DNA of 64,000 nt from IMG/VR virus record IMGVR_UViG_3300037725_000018, positions 159,358 to 223,357 of that record; one strand, 5' to 3'. The notes beneath the pieces are model-generated. The model had not been told where the DNA came from. It ran no database searches and saw nothing but the letters and a program-made list of their open reading frames with translations. The position numbers and the translations under genes were made by a program. Shown here one piece after another: positions 36,230 to 45,077 of the stretch (the first letter of the stretch is position 1; every line of letters starts with the position of its first letter).

Positions 36230-38266
36230 CTACACTCCACCCCAAACAACTTCGATGCTTTCAATTTCTACGTTTGAAGCGTTGCCCATTGTAATGCGGT
36301 AAAACATCCGGTCTTGGTGGTTGGCCGTAAACTTCGTTTGCGTAGTGACCCCAATCGGAGTTCCGTCAAGCGTTTGGTTATCGTTCACCCCGGCGTCAGG
36401 GTTATATGCACCGTCTTCATCGGAAATGTTTCCCGTTACAAACTGTTCGGAAACGTCAAGCCAACCCGTTCCCGTTTCTCCGGAATTAGGGTCAGCTATT
36501 GACTCGTCTCCAACACGAATTTCCATGATAAACTGGTTCGTTCCAAGAGAAGACGTTCCGGCGTCAACCATCGAACCGGAGCCTTGAATTTTCAATGCAA
36601 AGTTAGCAACAGATTGAGTATCTGTAAAGTACCCAATATACCTACGAGTTCCGGTGAGCGTGTCGTACTCAATTCCGGAATTTCCCGGCCCGTAGTCGAT
36701 ATCTCCACCATTTGAAGTGTTTCGAAAATCTCCCTTCGGGTAAACAAGTTTTCCACCAAACACTTGAAGCTCATTAGTTCCAGAAAGACTTGCGGTGTTG
36801 TCATAATTTGGACTTACGTTTGCGAAGTCTCCGGTTGTTTCTTCAACCCTTCTGTTTTCGTTGATAAAGTCGTTTTGAAGGTCTGGATTTGTTTGGGAAG
36901 TCACGCTATCCACCAAGAACTTTCTATTTGCTTGAATAGTAAGTGGCGTTGGGTTGTCTTGCGTTTCATCGTTTACGCTAATTTGGAATGAAGGTTGTCC
37001 TCCCGGTGTGGAAGAGGTTCCAACAACAACCGGGGAACTTGTTCCGTTTCCAAGTTCACCTGTTTCCGTCACGTTCAAGACTTCAGCGTATGAAGACGGT
37101 GAAGGAACTGTTGGAGCGGAAATGTCAAAATCTGAAAGCTGGTCAAATGTAAGGCCGTTTTCGTCGTATGTGTAATAATACAAGTTTGCAACGTCAATGT
37201 CAGTTTCTACAGAAGCAAGCGTAAAGTAGTCAACACCACTTACAGTTTTTGAACCTGACGTTACGACAGTTCCATAGTTATAACCGTCTCCGACCGTTCC
37301 TTGTCGGGTAATTGAAATATTTTGACTACCGTTTTGAACGCTTGGGTCGTAATAGAAAACGGCTGTGTTTGTGTCCCCAATCTCGCTAGACGTGGACGGG
37401 TCAAAATGAACAACCTCAATTGTGTGAAGTCCAAACGAACCAAAGCCGCTTTCAACAACTTGAAATTGTGCGGTTCTATACCTGTTTCCAGTTGGAGAAC
37501 CATCGACAAATGTCACGTCGTCGCTTGCGTCAACAACAAACCCTGTTCCTGTTCCGAAGTTTGTTCCGCTTCCTCCGGTTGTGTTGATTGAACTTTGCGT
37601 GCTTGTAAGGTCTACAGAATCAACTTGGGTCCCATCAACGTAAAGGCGAAGTTCTCCGGTGTCTCCTTGCGTAAATGCATCGTCTGGATATTGCCCGGTT
37701 GCACCTGCCTTATCGAAATTTAAAGTTCCACGGATTCTTCCCTGCGCTCCTTGACCATCAAAAATTCCCGTTTCATACGGGTCGTTTGTCTGGTTTTCAG
37801 AGTTTGAAAAACTGTAGCCGGAAGAACGGTTGATTGTTCCAGAGCGGGTATTTGCGGATTCATTCAAACTTAGATTTTGGCTTGCTCCTTGGTCGGAGCT
37901 TGTCGTTGAAAGTACCTCCGCGTTTGGAAGAAGCTGTTCTAAAACTTCACCAACTCTTCGCCCATTGTCGTCTAAAACGAAGTCAAACGCTCGAACCGCG
38001 CCTTCAACGTCAACTTTTTCTCTTGGGGTTCCGGGCGTACCTGAAGGGAAGTTTGATCCATTTCCAATAAGAACAGAACCATCACTTGATCCCGGAAAAG
38101 CTCCGGAGTCAGACGTTGTTCTCATAACTTCAATTTGACCCGAAGAAATGTCTTGTTTTAAAAGAAGAGCAATATTTTCGTTGTTTTCATCCACGCGACC
38201 GGGTTGACCAACTTCTGGTTCGTTATCCGGATCGTTGGAAATTACACTTGAATTAAGTCTTGCCAT
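36230..38266 (-). CDS. Structural (baseplate/tail) protein
   Basis: 678 aa acidic beta-rich protein in the virion cluster. Confidence 0.65.
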   Translation of the reverse strand: MARLNSSVISNDPDNEPEVGQPGRVDENNENIALLLKQDISSGQIEVMRTTSDSGAFPGSSDGSVLIGNGSNFPSGTPGTPREKVDVEGAVRAFDFVLDDNGRRVGEVLEQLLPNAEVLSTTSSDQGASQNLSLNESANTRSGTINRSSGYSFSNSENQTNDPYETGIFDGQGAQGRIRGTLNFDKAGATGQYPDDAFTQGDTGELRLYVDGTQVDSVDLTSTQSSINTTGGSGTNFGTGTGFVVDASDDVTFVDGSPTGNRYRTAQFQVVESGFGSFGLHTIEVVHFDPSTSSEIGDTNTAVFYYDPSVQNGSQNISITRQGTVGDGYNYGTVVTSGSKTVSGVDYFTLASVETDIDVANLYYYTYDENGLTFDQLSDFDISAPTVPSPSSYAEVLNVTETGELGNGTSSPVVVGTSSTPGGQPSFQISVNDETQDNPTPLTIQANRKFLVDSVTSQTNPDLQNDFINENRRVEETTGDFANVSPNYDNTASLSGTNELQVFGGKLVYPKGDFRNTSNGGDIDYGPGNSGIEYDTLTGTRRYIGYFTDTQSVANFALKIQGSGSMVDAGTSSLGTNQFIMEIRVGDESIADPNSGETGTGWLDVSEQFVTGNISDEDGAYNPDAGVNDNQTLDGTPIGVTTQTKFTANHQDRMFYRITMGNASNVEIESIEVVWGGV

Positions 38267-38332
38267 TTATCTTTTCTTTATGTGTGGTATTCTTAGTGTA
38301 GACTTTGCTTGACTTCTGATTATATATAGAAA

Positions 38333-39043
38333 CTATGAAGTAACCTGTTGCAACTTTTTATCTAGCTCTTGAACCGCCTCTATAAGAACGGATGTAAGTT
38401 TTGAGTACTGGACGCCTAGGGGGTTTCCATCTTCATCTTTGGTCACAAATTCCGGGTACACGTCGTTGACTTCTTCGGCAATAAGACCTTTACTTTTCTC
38501 CCCATTTTCTTTCCATGTAAAATTTACCGGGTTTAAATTTCGAATCTTTTTAAGTTCTCCGTTAAGCGGACTTATATCTTTCTTTAAGTCTCTTCTTGAA
38601 AGTTCGGTAAGAGAATTACATGTGATGTTGTCGTCAACAGTTAACGTCTCTTTTACCCGAAGATTTTTTTCAAAAGTGGATTCGTTACTCGATGTGTTGT
38701 TTTGAACGGTTAAATTTCCGTTAACTGTTAGATCGTCTGGAAGAGAGAAGTTCGAGCCTGCAAGTTTGTTTAGATCCACCACGTTTTCGGTAGATCCGGT
38801 AAACGCTCCGTCGTCAAACTCTGCTCCCGGAAGAACAACAACGTTAACATAACTTGGGACGTTGATTCCGGTAATACCGCTATAATTTCCGGGCTGAACA
38901 GTTACTTGGTATTCGTTGTTGTTTCCCGGATCGGTGTCAACGTCAATAATATCTTTGATCTGCCCAAAATCAGACGGAAGAAGTTCAAACCCTTCCAAGT
39001 CTTCATTTGGTTGTGACCGCGATACTCTAGATACAATTGCCAT
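38333..39043 (-). CDS. Tail fibre protein with C-terminal intramolecular chaperone (Peptidase S74)
   Basis: LSRRDLKKDI...LNPVNFTW...GLIAEEV..VYPEFV...VQYSKL. Confidence 0.85.
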   Translation of the reverse strand: MAIVSRVSRSQPNEDLEGFELLPSDFGQIKDIIDVDTDPGNNNEYQVTVQPGNYSGITGINVPSYVNVVVLPGAEFDDGAFTGSTENVVDLNKLAGSNFSLPDDLTVNGNLTVQNNTSSNESTFEKNLRVKETLTVDDNITCNSLTELSRRDLKKDISPLNGELKKIRNLNPVNFTWKENGEKSKGLIAEEVNDVYPEFVTKDEDGNPLGVQYSKLTSVLIEAVQELDKKLQQVTS

Positions 39044-39531
39044 TACGTTTTGTCAATCCACTTTTCAAAGGTTAATGTTCCGGTTCCGTCTTGCGCTTGC
39101 GTTTCAAACGTCGCCTGCTTTTGAAATCTACCGGGGATCTCCGGGTAGAAAACGTCGCAGCCGTGCGTTCCGGGAATTCGTGTAACGATGATTTGATCCG
39201 TGAGACGGTCTACCGTCTGTCTATAAATAGATGATCCACCGCAGATGTAAAGATTGTGATATCGGTCGGAGAGAGACCTTAGCTGCTCTAAAGTGAGGTA
39301 ACGAACGTTTTCGTTTTTATTGGACTTTGACCTTGGATTTCGAGTTAAAACGAAAAACGAGCGATTCGGAAGAGCACCCATGTTTTCAAATGTTTTTCTG
39401 CCAACAGCGCACCTGCCCCCAGTCGTGTGAAACCGAAACCAAGATAGGTCTTTCGGGTAGCTCCACGGAATCCCGTGTCCGGTTTTTCCAATGCCCCGGT
39501 CTTCGTCAAATGCAACAATTTGTGTAACCAT
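39043..39531 (-). CDS. folA: Dihydrofolate reductase
   Basis: IVAFDEDRGIG..GIPWSYPKDLSWFR..T...VGRKTFENM.ALPNR...ICGGSSIY..CDVFYP. Confidence 0.92.
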   Translation of the reverse strand: MVTQIVAFDEDRGIGKTGHGIPWSYPKDLSWFRFHTTGGRCAVGRKTFENMGALPNRSFFVLTRNPRSKSNKNENVRYLTLEQLRSLSDRYHNLYICGGSSIYRQTVDRLTDQIIVTRIPGTHGCDVFYPEIPGRFQKQATFETQAQDGTGTLTFEKWIDKT

Positions 39532-39552
39532 AGTTTATATAGGATTTAGTGT

Positions 39553-39993
39553 TTATTTAAATTCAACAGTAACAAATCCCGCATCGTCTTTTCCAAAACT
39601 CACGTTTTGAAACTTTGAACGAATAGCTTTTCTGTATATTCTTTCTCTTTTTGCTGTAGACCCATCGTAGGCGTATCCTTTAAGATACGGATAATCTGAA
39701 AGCTCGGTCTTCCAAAGGTCCTGCGCTATATCAAAAACAGTTGAAACCACCTTTGTTGCTTTATCTTCACCTGTAAGTTCAAGCCAGCTTCCACCACGAA
39801 CTGCAAAGTTTATGTCAACATACTCTCTTCCATTGTTATCAAATACAACGAAATAATTGTTTTCATTTGTTTCGAAGCTAGCCTTTACGTCTACCTGTAC
39901 AGTATCTCCACGTCTGTTTATATTCTTAGTGTTATATTTCCATTCATATTGTTCATCAAAAATTTCCGTAAGTAAGTCGTTCAGCTTTATCAC
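39553..39993 (-). CDS. Hypothetical protein, possibly virion-associated
   Basis: 146 aa; MIKLNDLLTE N-terminal helix. Confidence 0.65.
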   Translation of the reverse strand: MIKLNDLLTEIFDEQYEWKYNTKNINRRGDTVQVDVKASFETNENNYFVVFDNNGREYVDINFAVRGGSWLELTGEDKATKVVSTVFDIAQDLWKTELSDYPYLKGYAYDGSTAKRERIYRKAIRSKFQNVSFGKDDAGFVTVEFK

Positions 39994-40000
39994 TTGGCCG

Positions 40001-40678
40001 CTAGTAATGTTTTAAGTATTCTTGATTTTGGACTTGGGTTTTGCTCCAAGCCGCGTATTCGGTTTGTCCGTTTCGGTTTTTGTATGCAGACAAGTTTTCG
40101 TTTCGGTTCTGCCTGTCTTGAACGTGAGACACGTGAATCCACCCGGACTCCCCAAACTCGTAAATGATTTGGTCATACGGAAGACCACTCTCTACAACAA
40201 TCCATTCGTAAACGGTAGACAAACTTTCATTTGAAACTTGAAAGTCGATTGCTTGGCCTGTGGTGTGTTGTGAATTGTCATGGGAACCAATAGCCCGGTT
40301 AAGTTTCAATGAGCGATACCCGCTTGTCACGATAACGGGTTTACCGAAGTGAGTTCGAACAGGCTCCATAACGTTTTGAAGAAGCTTTCGAAAGTTGTCC
40401 ACGTGCTTCTTTGGTGGGGTATTGTCAATCCCAAGACGCTTTGCGGTATTGGAGTGAATCATTTCTCGATACCGAAAGTGCCTTGTAAGATGGTCTTGGG
40501 GCTTTGGACGGACCCAACGCTTTTCTTGAGGCTCATATTCTACGTCTGTCGGGTCTTCTTCTTTTACGCCTACCTTAACCTCTGGAGGCTCCACAACGGA
40601 AGGCTCAAAGGAAGGTGACGGTTTATCTTGATTTTCAGATTTGAAAAACGAAGCTGCCTTTTTAAAAATGTTCTTCAT
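40001..40678 (-). CDS. Peptidase M15A (D-Ala-D-Ala peptidase-like), probable endolysin
   Basis: HFRYREM..S.TAKRLGIDN...VTSGYRS..LNRAIG...SQH..GQAIDF...WIHVS; start placed after TATATA motif. Confidence 0.88.
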   Translation of the reverse strand: MKNIFKKAASFFKSENQDKPSPSFEPSVVEPPEVKVGVKEEDPTDVEYEPQEKRWVRPKPQDHLTRHFRYREMIHSNTAKRLGIDNTPPKKHVDNFRKLLQNVMEPVRTHFGKPVIVTSGYRSLKLNRAIGSHDNSQHTTGQAIDFQVSNESLSTVYEWIVVESGLPYDQIIYEFGESGWIHVSHVQDRQNRNENLSAYKNRNGQTEYAAWSKTQVQNQEYLKHY

Positions 40679-40720
40679 ATTACACATCTTTTTGTGTATA
40701 TATAGGGCAAAAATAAAAAA

Positions 40721-40746
40721 GGGAAGACCTGTTTTCAAGTCTTCCC
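40721..40746 (-). terminator. Terminator-like hairpin downstream of tRNA
   Basis: GGGAAGAC..GTCTTCCC stem with A/T-run. Confidence 0.55.
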
Positions 40747-40770
40747 TTCGTTCTTAAAAAAGTAAGTGAG

Positions 40771-40843
40771 TACCCAAGGCAGGACTCGAACCTGCAACCT
40801 TCGGATTAGGAATCCGACGCTCTTCCGGTTGAGCTACATGGGT
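40771..40843 (-). tRNA. tRNA-Arg(CCU)
   Basis: ACCCATG/CTTGGGT acceptor stem (one mismatch), TAGCTCAA D-arm, TCGGA-TTCCTAA-TCCGA anticodon arm, GGTTCGAGTCC T-arm; no encoded CCA. Confidence 0.9.
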
Positions 40844-40863
40844 AGCCAATCTGTTTTGACTAA

Positions 40864-41178
40864 TTAGAAGCTCACGCCAACAAAAGCTCCAACGTCAACA
40901 ACGTCAAACGGCCCGACGCTATCGTTGGTTACAGAAAACGGTGTGCGTACCATAATAGAAGCGTAAATCGGATCGTTGAGGTTATCTTCGGTTAGGCGAA
41001 AGCCCACTTGGGAAAGAAGTCGGTCTTCTCCTTCAAAATCCATGTCCTTTTTCCGAAAATCCCCAACAGACACGATATCTTTTTCCGACATGACTTGATT
41101 TCCAAGCCGATCACACGTGCCATGTGTGATTAACGTATCTGTTGGGTTCCAATGCTTACAAGATTGGCAGTATTTCAT
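40864..41178 (-). CDS. Hypothetical Cys-containing protein
   Basis: MKYCQSCKHW...GTC. Confidence 0.65.
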   Translation of the reverse strand: MKYCQSCKHWNPTDTLITHGTCDRLGNQVMSEKDIVSVGDFRKKDMDFEGEDRLLSQVGFRLTEDNLNDPIYASIMVRTPFSVTNDSVGPFDVVDVGAFVGVSF

Positions 41179-41200
41179 GATTTCTTCTTAATTTGATTTT

Positions 41201-41443
41201 TTACCACCGGACTTCCCGGTACACTTCTTCTCCATTCACTTCAAACCGGGTAAAAGGCAAAGACTGAACCGTTTCTTCGGCGTTAAACTCTTGCCTGTAG
41301 ATGGAATTTTTATTTCCACCTGCAACGGCCTTTACCTTTTCACCTTCTTCGGTTTCCCCAACGTAGGTGAACGAATACTTGTAGTAAGATGAAAATTCAA
41401 GTTCAACTTCGCCGTACTTTTCTACTACTTGGGAGTATTCCAT
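41201..41443 (-). CDS. Hypothetical phage protein
   Basis: 80 aa, SSYYKYSFTY motif. Confidence 0.75.
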   Translation of the reverse strand: MEYSQVVEKYGEVELEFSSYYKYSFTYVGETEEGEKVKAVAGGNKNSIYRQEFNAEETVQSLPFTRFEVNGEEVYREVRW

Positions 41444-41454
41444 TGGTTTGCCTC

Positions 41455-41613
41455 TTAGTAGTAGTTTGCAAGAAAGGATTTGTGCTTGCGGTTTTCCGCT
41501 TCGTCCTCTTCCGGGAACGATTCTTCTTCGATCTCTTCTTCAAGGTCTTCGAAGAATCCGTAACGGAAGCGGTCAGCGGCTTCAAGGCTTTCGGTAGACA
41601 GAAAATCATCCAT
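41455..41613 (-). CDS. Small very acidic protein (class B)
   Basis: 52 aa MDDFLSTE...EDLEEEIEEESFPEEDE. Confidence 0.65.
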   Translation of the reverse strand: MDDFLSTESLEAADRFRYGFFEDLEEEIEEESFPEEDEAENRKHKSFLANYY

Positions 41614-41663
41614 CGGTCTTTGGCGTTTTTTGTTCAAGGAACTTCCCTTCTTAATCCACTACG

Positions 41664-41691
41664 TTAAATGACAAAGGGCCGGGTTGGTTCC
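41664..41691 (-). promoter_or_regulatory. Class B ECF-like promoter in hairpin
   Basis: GGAAC-N17-ATTTAA; CTTAAC..CTTCA upstream. Confidence 0.7.
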
Positions 41692-41725
41692 GGCCCTTTG
41701 TTTGAAGCGTTTGTTAAGAAGCTAG

Positions 41726-41968
41726 TTACTCTTCTTCACGTTCCCATTCGTCCATTTCGTGATAGACGGGAAGAACGGTAAACCGCGAATACCCGTACTT
41801 TTCGGCACCGAACTTTACCGCTTCTTCTTCGGTGTCGAAATCATCGTACGTTTGCCTCTTTCGCCCGTACGTACCGATTTGGCGAACGTTAAGTACCGAA
41901 TGGCATTCCCCGTCCACGCGCCGTTCCCGAAGCTTGTAAACGCGGTACTGCTTTTTGACGTTATCCAT
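41726..41968 (-). CDS. Hypothetical phage protein
   Basis: 80 aa ORF. Confidence 0.75.
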   Translation of the reverse strand: MDNVKKQYRVYKLRERRVDGECHSVLNVRQIGTYGRKRQTYDDFDTEEEAVKFGAEKYGYSRFTVLPVYHEMDEWEREEE

Positions 41969-42007
41969 AGCGGTTTTAAGCGGTTTTGATTAGAAAGAAA
42001 GGTGATG

Positions 42008-42481
42008 CTACTTAGAAGTGAAAACGCCTTCTTCAAGCCCTTCCTTCGGGCTTAGAGCGCCCATCTGGAGCCGGGTAAACACCATACCTACAATCTCGTC
42101 GGCAATTTTCACCAAGGCTCGTTCAAACCGCGCCTGTTGCTTCGAGTTGTGTTCATCTTCGAAGTAGGAAACATAATCCTTTCGCTCGACCGCCCGGAGA
42201 TTGTAGTACATCATTTCCGCAAGGTCAGTGGCCTTTTCGGAAAGATGATCTTCGCTAAGGCGAACAAGCTCACTTGCCATGTCCGTCCGGGCGTTGCACG
42301 AACCGTTGTTGTAGTGGTCGTATGTAAGATTCGAAATCGACCGAAGAAGCTCGCCTTCCTCTGTGCTTGCAGGTCCGGTAGACGGAACCAAGGCGTCGTA
42401 ATACTTCGAGTAAAGGTCGAACAGATCCGCTTCCCGGTTCCAATAGGTCTTTTCCGGGGAAGTGTCGGCAGTAGCAGGCAT
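42008..42481 (-). CDS. Hypothetical phage protein (class B)
   Basis: 157 aa; YW...LVPSTG.A.TEEGELLR..S...YD.YNNG pattern. Confidence 0.75.
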   Translation of the reverse strand: MPATADTSPEKTYWNREADLFDLYSKYYDALVPSTGPASTEEGELLRSISNLTYDHYNNGSCNARTDMASELVRLSEDHLSEKATDLAEMMYYNLRAVERKDYVSYFEDEHNSKQQARFERALVKIADEIVGMVFTRLQMGALSPKEGLEEGVFTSK

Positions 42482-42527
42482 GACGCTTTCTTTGTTGGTA
42501 AAAGGTCTCTTTCCTTAATGCAGTAGC

Positions 42528-42555
42528 TTTAATGTCCGTTAGGCACGTTTGTTTC
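42528..42555 (-). promoter_or_regulatory. Class B ECF-like promoter
   Basis: GAAAC-N17-ATTAAA; CTTCA 11 nt upstream. Confidence 0.65.
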
Positions 42556-42859
42556 AACGATCCGTTTGAAGATTTTTTGAAACTGCTGAAATGACTTCTT
42601 CACTTTCAATTTGAGACAGAATCTCACGTCCGGTGTGGGGAATGAGGTTAAAACTCCACCCCCTATCGTATCGCATAACAATCCTTTCTTCTCGCTCGTT
42701 GGTCACGTCAAGTTTGCTAACGTGGCCTTCTGCGCCAAGATCGGTGATTGCAAAGTCTTCACTTGGCTCCGGGTACACCTTCGCAGAAAAGGCAAACGGT
42801 ACACTATCGATTGTCACGGTGCCTCGTACCCAATTTCCTTTAACGCTTGTGATGTTCAT
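42554..42859 (-). CDS. Hypothetical phage protein
   Basis: 101 aa ORF. Confidence 0.75.
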   Translation of the reverse strand: MNITSVKGNWVRGTVTIDSVPFAFSAKVYPEPSEDFAITDLGAEGHVSKLDVTNEREERIVMRYDRGWSFNLIPHTGREILSQIESEEVISAVSKNLQTDR

Positions 42860-42904
42860 AGTAGATTTTTTGTTTTGGTTTCGTTGGTTTAGAGAGTTAT
42901 TAGA

Positions 42905-43147
42905 TTAGAAGTTTTGTGGAGTCAAGACCTTCTTTTCTTCAACGCCAAACTCGTTTGCAAATTCCGTTTCAAGATTTTCCGCAAAACTAAGGTCCGAAAC
43001 GCGGTCAAGCTCGGAGTTTTCAAACGGGGGGCTAAAAAACCAAACAACGCCGTGATCAAATTCCCGACGCACAAACGATCTTGGCTCTCCGCTTTTTTGT
43101 GGGGTTAAGTGGTGACTAACGTGGTGGTCGATAAACTTGCTTTTCAT
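42905..43147 (-). CDS. Hypothetical phage protein (class B)
   Basis: 80 aa from MKSKFIDHH; start re-called downstream of promoter. Confidence 0.7.
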   Translation of the reverse strand: MKSKFIDHHVSHHLTPQKSGEPRSFVRREFDHGVVWFFSPPFENSELDRVSDLSFAENLETEFANEFGVEEKKVLTPQNF

Positions 43148-43185
43148 TTTCTCTGTTGGGTCAGTTCCTTTGATAACGCAACAAG

Positions 43186-43213
43186 TTAAATGGAAAACAG
43201 CCAAGCTAGTTTC
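43186..43213 (-). promoter_or_regulatory. Class B ECF-like promoter
   Basis: GAAAC-N17-ATTTAA; CTTAAC..CTTCAC upstream. Confidence 0.65.
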
Positions 43214-43234
43214 CAACCGGACGTGAAGCGTTTG

Positions 43235-43435
43235 TTAAGAGACGAAGTGTTCAAGAGGGAACGGAAAATTTTCAAAACGGTGAAATGGGGGGCTTATCTT
43301 TGTGACGTGTGTTCTGTCTTTTTCGCCAATTCCCCGCTCCCAAACCAAAAATGTAGTGCCTTCAACGTTCCTATACAAATCTTCAAGCTCTTTTTCGTGA
43401 TCGGAAAGTTCTTCGTAGGTTAAAAGAACGTGCAT
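43235..43435 (-). CDS. Small acidic hypothetical protein
   Basis: 66 aa ORF. Confidence 0.7.
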   Translation of the reverse strand: MHVLLTYEELSDHEKELEDLYRNVEGTTFLVWERGIGEKDRTHVTKISPPFHRFENFPFPLEHFVS

Positions 43436-43448
43436 GACTTGGAAATAT

Positions 43449-43793
43449 TTAGCTAAGAAGATTGTGCGGATACATCCATCCCCGAACGGACGTGTTTTCC
43501 TTTCCGTCCCGAACGAAGGTGACTTTCACTCGGCAATAGCCATACTCAGAGCCTTTACGACGCCACGTGCGACCCGTAACTTCGACGTTCACGGCCACTT
43601 TAAGGTTTCGCCCGTCATTGTACTGCGGGTGTTTCCTTCCGGTGTCGAGCCGAAACTCAGCTTCTTTCCAATTGGTGCAATCGGAAATCAAGCCGCCTGC
43701 ACCCGGCCCGTGCTGCTCTTCCCACGAATCGGGAAGAATGTAATCTCCTTCTTGCGGGAGGTAGTCTTTCGGGGAAGAAGTCAAGCCTTTCAT
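43449..43793 (-). CDS. Hypothetical phage protein (class B)
   Basis: 114 aa ORF. Confidence 0.75.
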   Translation of the reverse strand: MKGLTSSPKDYLPQEGDYILPDSWEEQHGPGAGGLISDCTNWKEAEFRLDTGRKHPQYNDGRNLKVAVNVEVTGRTWRRKGSEYGYCRVKVTFVRDGKENTSVRGWMYPHNLLS

Positions 43794-43843
43794 ATCGGCC
43801 TCAAAGTGTTTGGTGAAAAAGTCTTCCTTGCCAAAGCACTACA

Positions 43844-43871
43844 TCAAATAAGAAAAGCCGGGGTTGGTTCC
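43844..43871 (-). promoter_or_regulatory. Class B ECF-like promoter in hairpin
   Basis: GGAAC-N17-ATTTGA; TTCAC..CTTCAC upstream. Confidence 0.7.
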
Positions 43872-43901
43872 CGGCCTTTCTGTGAAGGTTGTGTGAACAG
43901 A

Positions 43902-44060
43902 TTAGAAAAGAAACATAAGCAAAATCCCAAGCGTGATAAGAACCGCAAACGATTCAAGTGGGTTAACGGTAAACTCAAGTTCCCTCAAGTTTCCGCGTTC
44001 ATCTTCCCACGGGTAAAGAGTAACGACAAAAAGGTATGTGGTTCCACGTGGATAAAGCAT
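43902..44060 (-). CDS. Small protein with C-terminal transmembrane helix
   Basis: 52 aa MLYPRG...FAVLITLGILLMFLF; read by hand. Confidence 0.55.
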   Translation of the reverse strand: MLYPRGTTYLFVVTLYPWEDERGNLRELEFTVNPLESFAVLITLGILLMFLF

Positions 44061-44094
44061 TTCTTTGTTTTTGTTTTATTTGAAGGTTGTTTGG

Positions 44095-44340
44095 CTAGCA
44101 GCGCGGATCATCGATGCAATCGATCCACTCGTAGTTTCCAAACTCGTCAATTTCGTAAACGTCAATAAACGCCCCGTGTTCCGGGTCCTCGTTAAGAATA
44201 TCCTGTTTGGACTCTTTAAAGCTACTGCGCTCTTTAGCACACGTCTTTTTAGCTGACGCAAGATCATCGTCTCTGTCTTGAGGTGGGTTTGTCCACCACC
44301 ACGCTTCGTAAACTTTCGTTCCCGGCTTTTTACTATTCAT
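44095..44340 (-). CDS. Acidic hypothetical protein
   Basis: 81 aa ORF. Confidence 0.7.
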   Translation of the reverse strand: MNSKKPGTKVYEAWWWTNPPQDRDDDLASAKKTCAKERSSFKESKQDILNEDPEHGAFIDVYEIDEFGNYEWIDCIDDPRC

Positions 44341-44475
44341 AGCTACTGCCTGTTTTTATGGAATTTAGCTTTAACGTCGCACATCTTAAAAAAAGCGGTG
44401 GGGGACTTCAATCTCGCTTTCAATAACCATAGCAGGCTTTTTGCCTTTGGTGAAGGGTTTCCTGTCTTAACTTCA

Positions 44476-44862
44476 CTACATTACACGCCGTATCCACCGG
44501 ACAGGTTTCAAAAGATTGTGTGAAACGCGGTTCCATCCGGTAAAGTGCTCTTCTTTAACGTCAACAGTCTTTTCCTTCCACTTCACGTCTCCACGTACAG
44601 AACAGATCCCGTCGTAAAGGTCTTTTGCTTCTTTTCTTCCAGACACGTTGTACTTCTTTTTGGCGTACCAGAAGTATTTTGGCGACGTAGACTGGAAAAC
44701 ATACTTTCTTTTTTGGTGAAGAAAAAGGGAGTGATATTCATAAGTGTCTGTTTCGTAAACCGCTAAGAAGTCTCCGGTTTCGCTAACGTAAAGAAAATCT
44801 TTTCTGGACCGAAGTTTCTGATCAAGCTGATTTCTTTTTCTTTTCACCACGTCTCTTTTCAT
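44476..44862 (-). CDS. Hypothetical basic protein
   Basis: 128 aa ORF. Confidence 0.6.
   Translation of the reverse strand: MKRDVVKRKRNQLDQKLRSRKDFLYVSETGDFLAVYETDTYEYHSLFLHQKRKYVFQSTSPKYFWYAKKKYNVSGRKEAKDLYDGICSVRGDVKWKEKTVDVKEEHFTGWNRVSHNLLKPVRWIRRVM
44481..44509 (-). promoter_or_regulatory. Class B ECF-like promoter (18-nt spacer)
   Basis: GAAAC-N18-GTGTAA with CAGGAAACCC leader. Confidence 0.5.
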
Positions 44863-45064
44863 TTTGTAACAATTTCTTCAAATACAATATAAGTTCGATA
44901 TCGTTTTGAAAATTTTCCGTCCATTTTCCTTCTTCTGACCCCTCTTTTGTATAATATTTAAATCTAAAAGAAGGAAACGCTTGGGTATCAAATATAATAA
45001 GGTCTTTCTTCACGACCGAAACAGAATATGGGTTTCGGAAAGCTTCTTTCGTTATAACGATCAT
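44822..45064 (-). CDS. Family A small protein (dispersed)
   Basis: 80 aa, MIVITKE. Confidence 0.7.
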   Translation of the reverse strand: MIVITKEAFRNPYSVSVVKKDLIIFDTQAFPSFRFKYYTKEGSEEGKWTENFQNDIELILYLKKLLQNEKRRGEKKKKSA

Positions 45065-45077
45065 GATACTTGCCCGT

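Noticed and set aside
19945-38705. Many 60-200 aa antisense or alternate-frame ORFs within the fibre genes
   Set aside because: They are shadows of Gly/Ser/Ala-rich coding on the minus strand, with no independent starts or motifs.
18626-39043. Diversity-generating retroelement or invertase shufflon acting on the tail fibres
   Set aside because: No reverse transcriptase or recombinase in the window, no TR/VR pair differing only at adenines, and no inverted repeats seen; the repeats are direct and protein-coding.
108-43216. Longest-ORF starts at 108, 903, 5330, 5523, 6292, 6648, 8809, 15556, 40738 and 43216
   Set aside because: The extensions cross terminators or promoters or overlap neighbours; downstream starts fit the family motif or the promoter-leader architecture.
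44386-44430. 14-aa ORF MVIESEIEVPHRFF behind a class B promoter
   Set aside because: Too short to support as a gene; it may be a decayed cassette or leader peptide, but there is no further evidence.
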